Assembly (NCBI GenBank): GCA_963751455.1
Contig: CAVVUN010000003.1
Span: 224,001-288,000 of the forward strand
Source of the DNA: Nitrospirota bacterium
GTDB lineage: Bacteria > Nitrospirota > UBA9217
Length of the DNA stretch: 64,000 nt
Direction: 5' to 3'
In this document: in pieces, positions 60,288-64,000 of the stretch
Layout: every line of letters starts with the position of its first letter
Position numbering within the stretch: the stretch's first letter is position 1
Position numbers and translations under genes: made by a program
The notes under the pieces: generated by a model
The model's input: only the letters and a program-made list of their open reading frames with translations
The model's database searches: none
Told to the model about the DNA's origin: nothing

Positions 60288-61841
60288 ATGTCCCAACCCG
60301 TTCCAGATGCAGTCATATCCTCCCGCGAGATCCGGACCGTATTCGGCGGCCTGATGCTCGCCCTAGCACTGGCCTCGCTGGACCAGAATATCGTCGGAAT
60401 TGCGCTGCCTGTGATCGTCTCGGACCTGGGCGGCCTTGGCCACCTCTCCTGGGTGGTCACCGCCTTTCTCGTCACCTCAACGGCAACGACGCCGCTCTAC
60501 GGCAAGCTCTCCGATATGTACGGCCGGAAGCCTCTCTTCATCGCCGCAATCCTGATCTTTCTTGCGGGCTCCAGCTTCTGCGGACTGTCAACGTCTATGA
60601 CGCAGCTGATCGTTTTTCGCGGGATCCAGGGGCTTGGCGCAGGGGGCCTGATCACGCTGGCCCAGACAACCATTGCGGACCTCGTCCCGCCCCGGGAACG
60701 CGGCCGCTACCAGGGACTCTTCGGCGCGGTCTTCGGCTTCTCAAGCGTGGCAGGTCCGCTGCTCGGCGGCTTCATCACGGATATCCTGTCCTGGAGATGG
60801 ATCTTCTATATCAACCTGCCCGTGGGAATGCTCGCACTGGCGCTCATATGGTTCGGGTTCCACCGGCCGCATCACGTTGTGACGCACTCGATCGATTATG
60901 CCGGCGCGTTCCTGCTGACCTCGGCGACGGTCTGCATGCTCATGGTACTGACCTGGGGCGGCGTGCACTACGGCTGGACGTCGCCGGTCATCGCGGGGCT
61001 TTCCACGACAGTATGCGTGCTGATCGTCCTTCTCGTGGTGGTGGAGCGCCGCTCTCCGGAACCGGTGCTCTCTCCGCATATTTTTCACAACAAGGTGTTC
61101 GTGATTTCAACAGGCGTCATGAGCCTTACCTTCATGGGGATCTTCAGCGCGTCCCTGTTCCTTCCGCTCTTTTTTCAGCTGGTCCTCGGCATGGCGCCCG
61201 CGAAGGCAGGGCTTATGCTGGCGCCGATGACAGGCGGCATGATCCTCACTTCCTTCCTCGGCGGAAGGCAGGTCTCGCGGACAGGGAAATATAAGATCTA
61301 TCCCGTTGCAGGCCTGGCAGCGGCAGCCTTGTCCTTCCTTGCGCTCATGGCGCTGGCCCTGGGCGGGGGCGGCATTGTTCTCATCGAAGTATCGCTTATC
61401 GTGCTCGGATGCGGCTTTGGCCTTGTCATGCCGAACCTTGTGGTAGCGCTTCAGAACGCGGTCAGTTCCCGGGAACAGGGCGCAGCCACCGCAACAGGGG
61501 CCTTCTTTCGCTCTCTGGGCGGGACCTTCGGCGCGGCCCTTGCCGGGGCCATCATGACATGGCAGTTGAACGCGCATGCAGGAAAGTGGTCCGGAAGGGA
61601 AATGTTGTCTCTGGCCGAGCAGGGCCTCCGGCAAGTCGCGGCTCTCCCGCAGGAACAGCATGAAGCGGTGCTCGGGGCGTACCGGCATGCGATAAGCATG
61701 ACGTTTTTAACAGGAGCTCTCATAACCCTTGCTGCATTCGTGCTCGTGCTCTTTCTTCCTGAACACCCGCTCAAGACAGCGCACGCCCGGGAAGGCAGAC
61801 GCGGAAATGAGAGGCGACAGGTTGACGGCGAGTCGGAGTGA
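60288..61841 (+). CDS. DHA2 (EmrB/QacA) MFS efflux transporter
   Basis: LASLDQNIV, GKLSDMYGRK, RGIQGLGAGG, ERGRYQG, WRWIFYINLPVG. Confidence 0.95.
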   Translation: MSQPVPDAVISSREIRTVFGGLMLALALASLDQNIVGIALPVIVSDLGGLGHLSWVVTAFLVTSTATTPLYGKLSDMYGRKPLFIAAILIFLAGSSFCGLSTSMTQLIVFRGIQGLGAGGLITLAQTTIADLVPPRERGRYQGLFGAVFGFSSVAGPLLGGFITDILSWRWIFYINLPVGMLALALIWFGFHRPHHVVTHSIDYAGAFLLTSATVCMLMVLTWGGVHYGWTSPVIAGLSTTVCVLIVLLVVVERRSPEPVLSPHIFHNKVFVISTGVMSLTFMGIFSASLFLPLFFQLVLGMAPAKAGLMLAPMTGGMILTSFLGGRQVSRTGKYKIYPVAGLAAAALSFLALMALALGGGGIVLIEVSLIVLGCGFGLVMPNLVVALQNAVSSREQGAATATGAFFRSLGGTFGAALAGAIMTWQLNAHAGKWSGREMLSLAEQGLRQVAALPQEQHEAVLGAYRHAISMTFLTGALITLAAFVLVLFLPEHPLKTAHAREGRRGNERRQVDGESE

Positions 61842-62026
61842 AAAACATCTGATTTCGATATCCGATTCAGCCGATATTTTTCCCGCCGGACCTTTCAGCT
61901 ATCCCCATCATTACTACAGGTCTTATCCGGCCTCGGCACGTACGCTTGCCTTTCATTCAACCTTTTCCGATTACAGTTGTCTCATAAACAAGGAAGATTT
62001 CATTCATACCAAGGAGGAATACTACA

Positions 62027-62368
62027 ATGAGAGTTTTTGTAAACACGTTCCTGGCCACATTGTTTCTCGCAGCACTTATTCAGACCGGCTTTGCCCAAAC
62101 CTATCCAGACAGCGGATTGGGCCCCGCAATACAGGAAGGCGGCGGAAAAGAGATCACCCCGCAGCAGTTCAGCGAGATGAAGACGCGAATCCTTACAATG
62201 ATCGAGGAACGAAGGAAGAGACTCGACCAGGAAAAGTCCTGCGTGGAAGCGGCAACGAACGCGGACGAGCTGAGAAAATGCAGGCAAGAGCGTCCGATGG
62301 GAGGGCAATTCCAGGGCGGTCCCGGCCAACAGCGGCCTCCGAGGGGCGGCATGGGCGAGGGTCGGTAG
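62027..62368 (+). CDS. Secreted hypothetical protein
   Basis: SD AGGAGG; signal peptide; CV.AA...EL..C. Confidence 0.75.
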   Translation: MRVFVNTFLATLFLAALIQTGFAQTYPDSGLGPAIQEGGGKEITPQQFSEMKTRILTMIEERRKRLDQEKSCVEAATNADELRKCRQERPMGGQFQGGPGQQRPPRGGMGEGR

Positions 62369-62382
62369 TCATCTTCAATCAA

Positions 62383-62412
62383 AAAAGCCGGCAGATGATT
62401 CTGCCGGCTTTT
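62383..62412 (+). terminator. Intrinsic terminator
   Basis: AAAAGCCGGCAGA / TCTGCCGGCTTTT. Confidence 0.75.
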
Positions 62413-62433
62413 GCATTCCAAGATCATCCATTT

Positions 62434-62565
62434 ACAGGCTGTTGAAAAAGGTCTCAAAACGTCAAAACGCACCCTAAAGGGTGCGGCTACCAATTATAAA
62501 ATCAATGCGTTACGATTTGGTAGTCGCAGGCTTTAGCCTGCGTAATTAGTTTTTCAACAGCCTGT
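62434..62565. mobile_element. 132-bp MITE containing two GTAG-type REPs
   Basis: Perfect 16-bp IR ACAGGCTGTTGAAAAA / TTTTTCAACAGCCTGT; internal CGCACCCTAAAGGGTGCG-GCTAC and GTAG-TCGCAGGCTTTAGCCTGCG. Confidence 0.8.
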
Positions 62566-62892
62566 TTTAAAGGTCACCTCAAGGTACATGATACAGTTTG
62601 AAGTTTTTAGTTGTTAGTTCAAAACACGAAAATTTTTCCCCGAGCCGGTCTGCTATCTTCACTCAATGGGTGTACAAGACAATTCCCTCGGCATAAGTCG
62701 CCCCTCGCTATGATTGTAAAAATGCAAAAAATAACCATCTCGTAACTTTCTACCCTGTCATCTCAACTCATTTTCTAATTCTAAAGATTGAAAATTTATC
62801 GCGGAGTTGAAATTTAATTTATTCGCGTTATCTTTCAGTAATAGGTACGTGAAAACTCAGACACGAATGCAGCTCTTAAAGGAGAACTGCTT

Positions 62893-62988
62893 ATGGACCC
62901 CCTCAAAGAAGCACGAGGAATGATACATGGAATCCTGCTCGGGGCAATGGCCTGGGGCATTATTTTCCTAATAGCGTCGCTCTTTTGA
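62893..62988 (+). CDS. 31-aa hydrophobic small protein
   Basis: SD AAGGAG; MDPLKEARGMIHGILLGAMAWGIIFLIASLF*. Confidence 0.55.
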   Translation: MDPLKEARGMIHGILLGAMAWGIIFLIASLF

Positions 62989-63285
62989 ACCGCCGGTGAT
63001 GCGTGACACGGATCAGCGTTATCGCTCCTGGTTTTTAGTTTCAAATCCGAAAACTTTCCGCGAGTCTTTTATCCCCGTCATTACCATTCCCGATGTTTTC
63101 ATGTGGTTTCGATAGCAGTCTTTATCAGCCTTGATGGGATCTCCCATCTGGATTAAGTCACTGATTATGCACGGTCACGAGCCCGTAACCCCTGCGTCTG
63201 ATATTTCTTGACAATAAAGAGTTTCAGTCCAATAATAGACGCACCTTTTTTGATTTCGTCGATATTTCAGAATGAGAGGGCTCCA

Positions 63286-64000
63286 ATGCTTTTACGAAAT
63301 AGTTCCCGGGATCAAAAACGAACACTTCATACGGCCAGGCGCCGCGCGGCCATGGCCTTTTCACTCCTTCTGCTGGCAGCAGTTATAGGCTGGAGCGGTT
63401 GTAAAGGCAGTAACAGCTTGCAGATTGCTTTTAAAGATCCCAGCTCGGAACCGATCAAGGCGGTGGTAAGGACTACCGTGCCTCTTGCCTATGCGGCTTC
63501 CGTTGCGATGTCAGCGGTAACAGGCTCCGTGCCGCCGAACGCAGAAATCCTTGTAAATACGTGCACAACAAGTCCTAAGGAGTGCTCCGCTGTAATCAGG
63601 ATCACCGACGATGATTCGAGCGCGCCTTTGCGCATTGCATCCGCGGGACCGGGGACGATGATGGTCTACGGATACTGGTCTACCCCTGACCAGGCGATTC
63701 TTACCGTCGCTTTCTCCGGAAATGCAGGAACCACTCTTTTCCCGATTCACAATGTTTCGGTGTTTCCTGTTTTGAAGAGCGGCAGCAGTTTGAAAATTGT
63801 GTATGCGGTCATCGATATTAATGCGACGACAGCCAAAGATCCTGCCACCCTGACCTCCACAGAAATGGACGCCGCTTTTGTGAAGATTAATATCACTGCG
63901 TCAAACGAAGCTTCCGCGAACCTCGACATGGATGCGTGGCTGATAGACAGGAATGACCGGGGCACCGAGGATGTTTCGGATGACACGTACACCATCAGCG
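63286..64000 (+). CDS. Hypothetical lipoprotein, runs off window
   Basis: Open frame to end; lipobox WSGC; promoter TTGACA(63208)-17-AATAAT. Confidence 0.7.
   Translation, partial: MLLRNSSRDQKRTLHTARRRAAMAFSLLLLAAVIGWSGCKGSNSLQIAFKDPSSEPIKAVVRTTVPLAYAASVAMSAVTGSVPPNAEILVNTCTTSPKECSAVIRITDDDSSAPLRIASAGPGTMMVYGYWSTPDQAILTVAFSGNAGTTLFPIHNVSVFPVLKSGSSLKIVYAVIDINATTAKDPATLTSTEMDAAFVKINITASNEASANLDMDAWLIDRNDRGTEDVSDDTYTIS

Noticed and set aside
1-64000. tRNA/rRNA genes, prophage or canonical defence systems
   Set aside because: No cloverleaf, rRNA signature, phage structural or recognised defence genes seen beyond TA pairs

Overview
Bacterial accessory-rich region; gene style suggests an uncultured Nitrospirota/Desulfobacterota-like genome (inference only). 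It opens with the 3' end of RNase J. A ~12 kb locus follows in which two paralogous REC-AraC regulators sit behind a duplicated promoter. Three promoters in that locus share a 22-bp-spaced direct-repeat box plus TGn-AAYAAT -10 and precede secreted/envelope genes (matrixin protease operon, CARDB lipoprotein, outer-membrane phospholipase A operon). The rest is a patchwork of short accessory genes: transporters, sensor kinases, two type II TA pairs, a lytic transglycosylase, a large repeat lipoprotein and a GH36 enzyme with a 7-blade FG-GAP insert. It is crowded with mobile or repeat DNA: a Y1/RAYT transposase with GGGTCA-type sites that recur just after many genes, two IS1380 elements with IRs and TSDs, an IS1380-type MITE, another MITE, a modular ~280 bp non-coding repeat family, and a palindromic element inserted in-frame in a receiver domain. 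About eight single-base homopolymer frameshifts suggest long-read consensus errors. No rRNA, tRNA or CRISPR array was seen.
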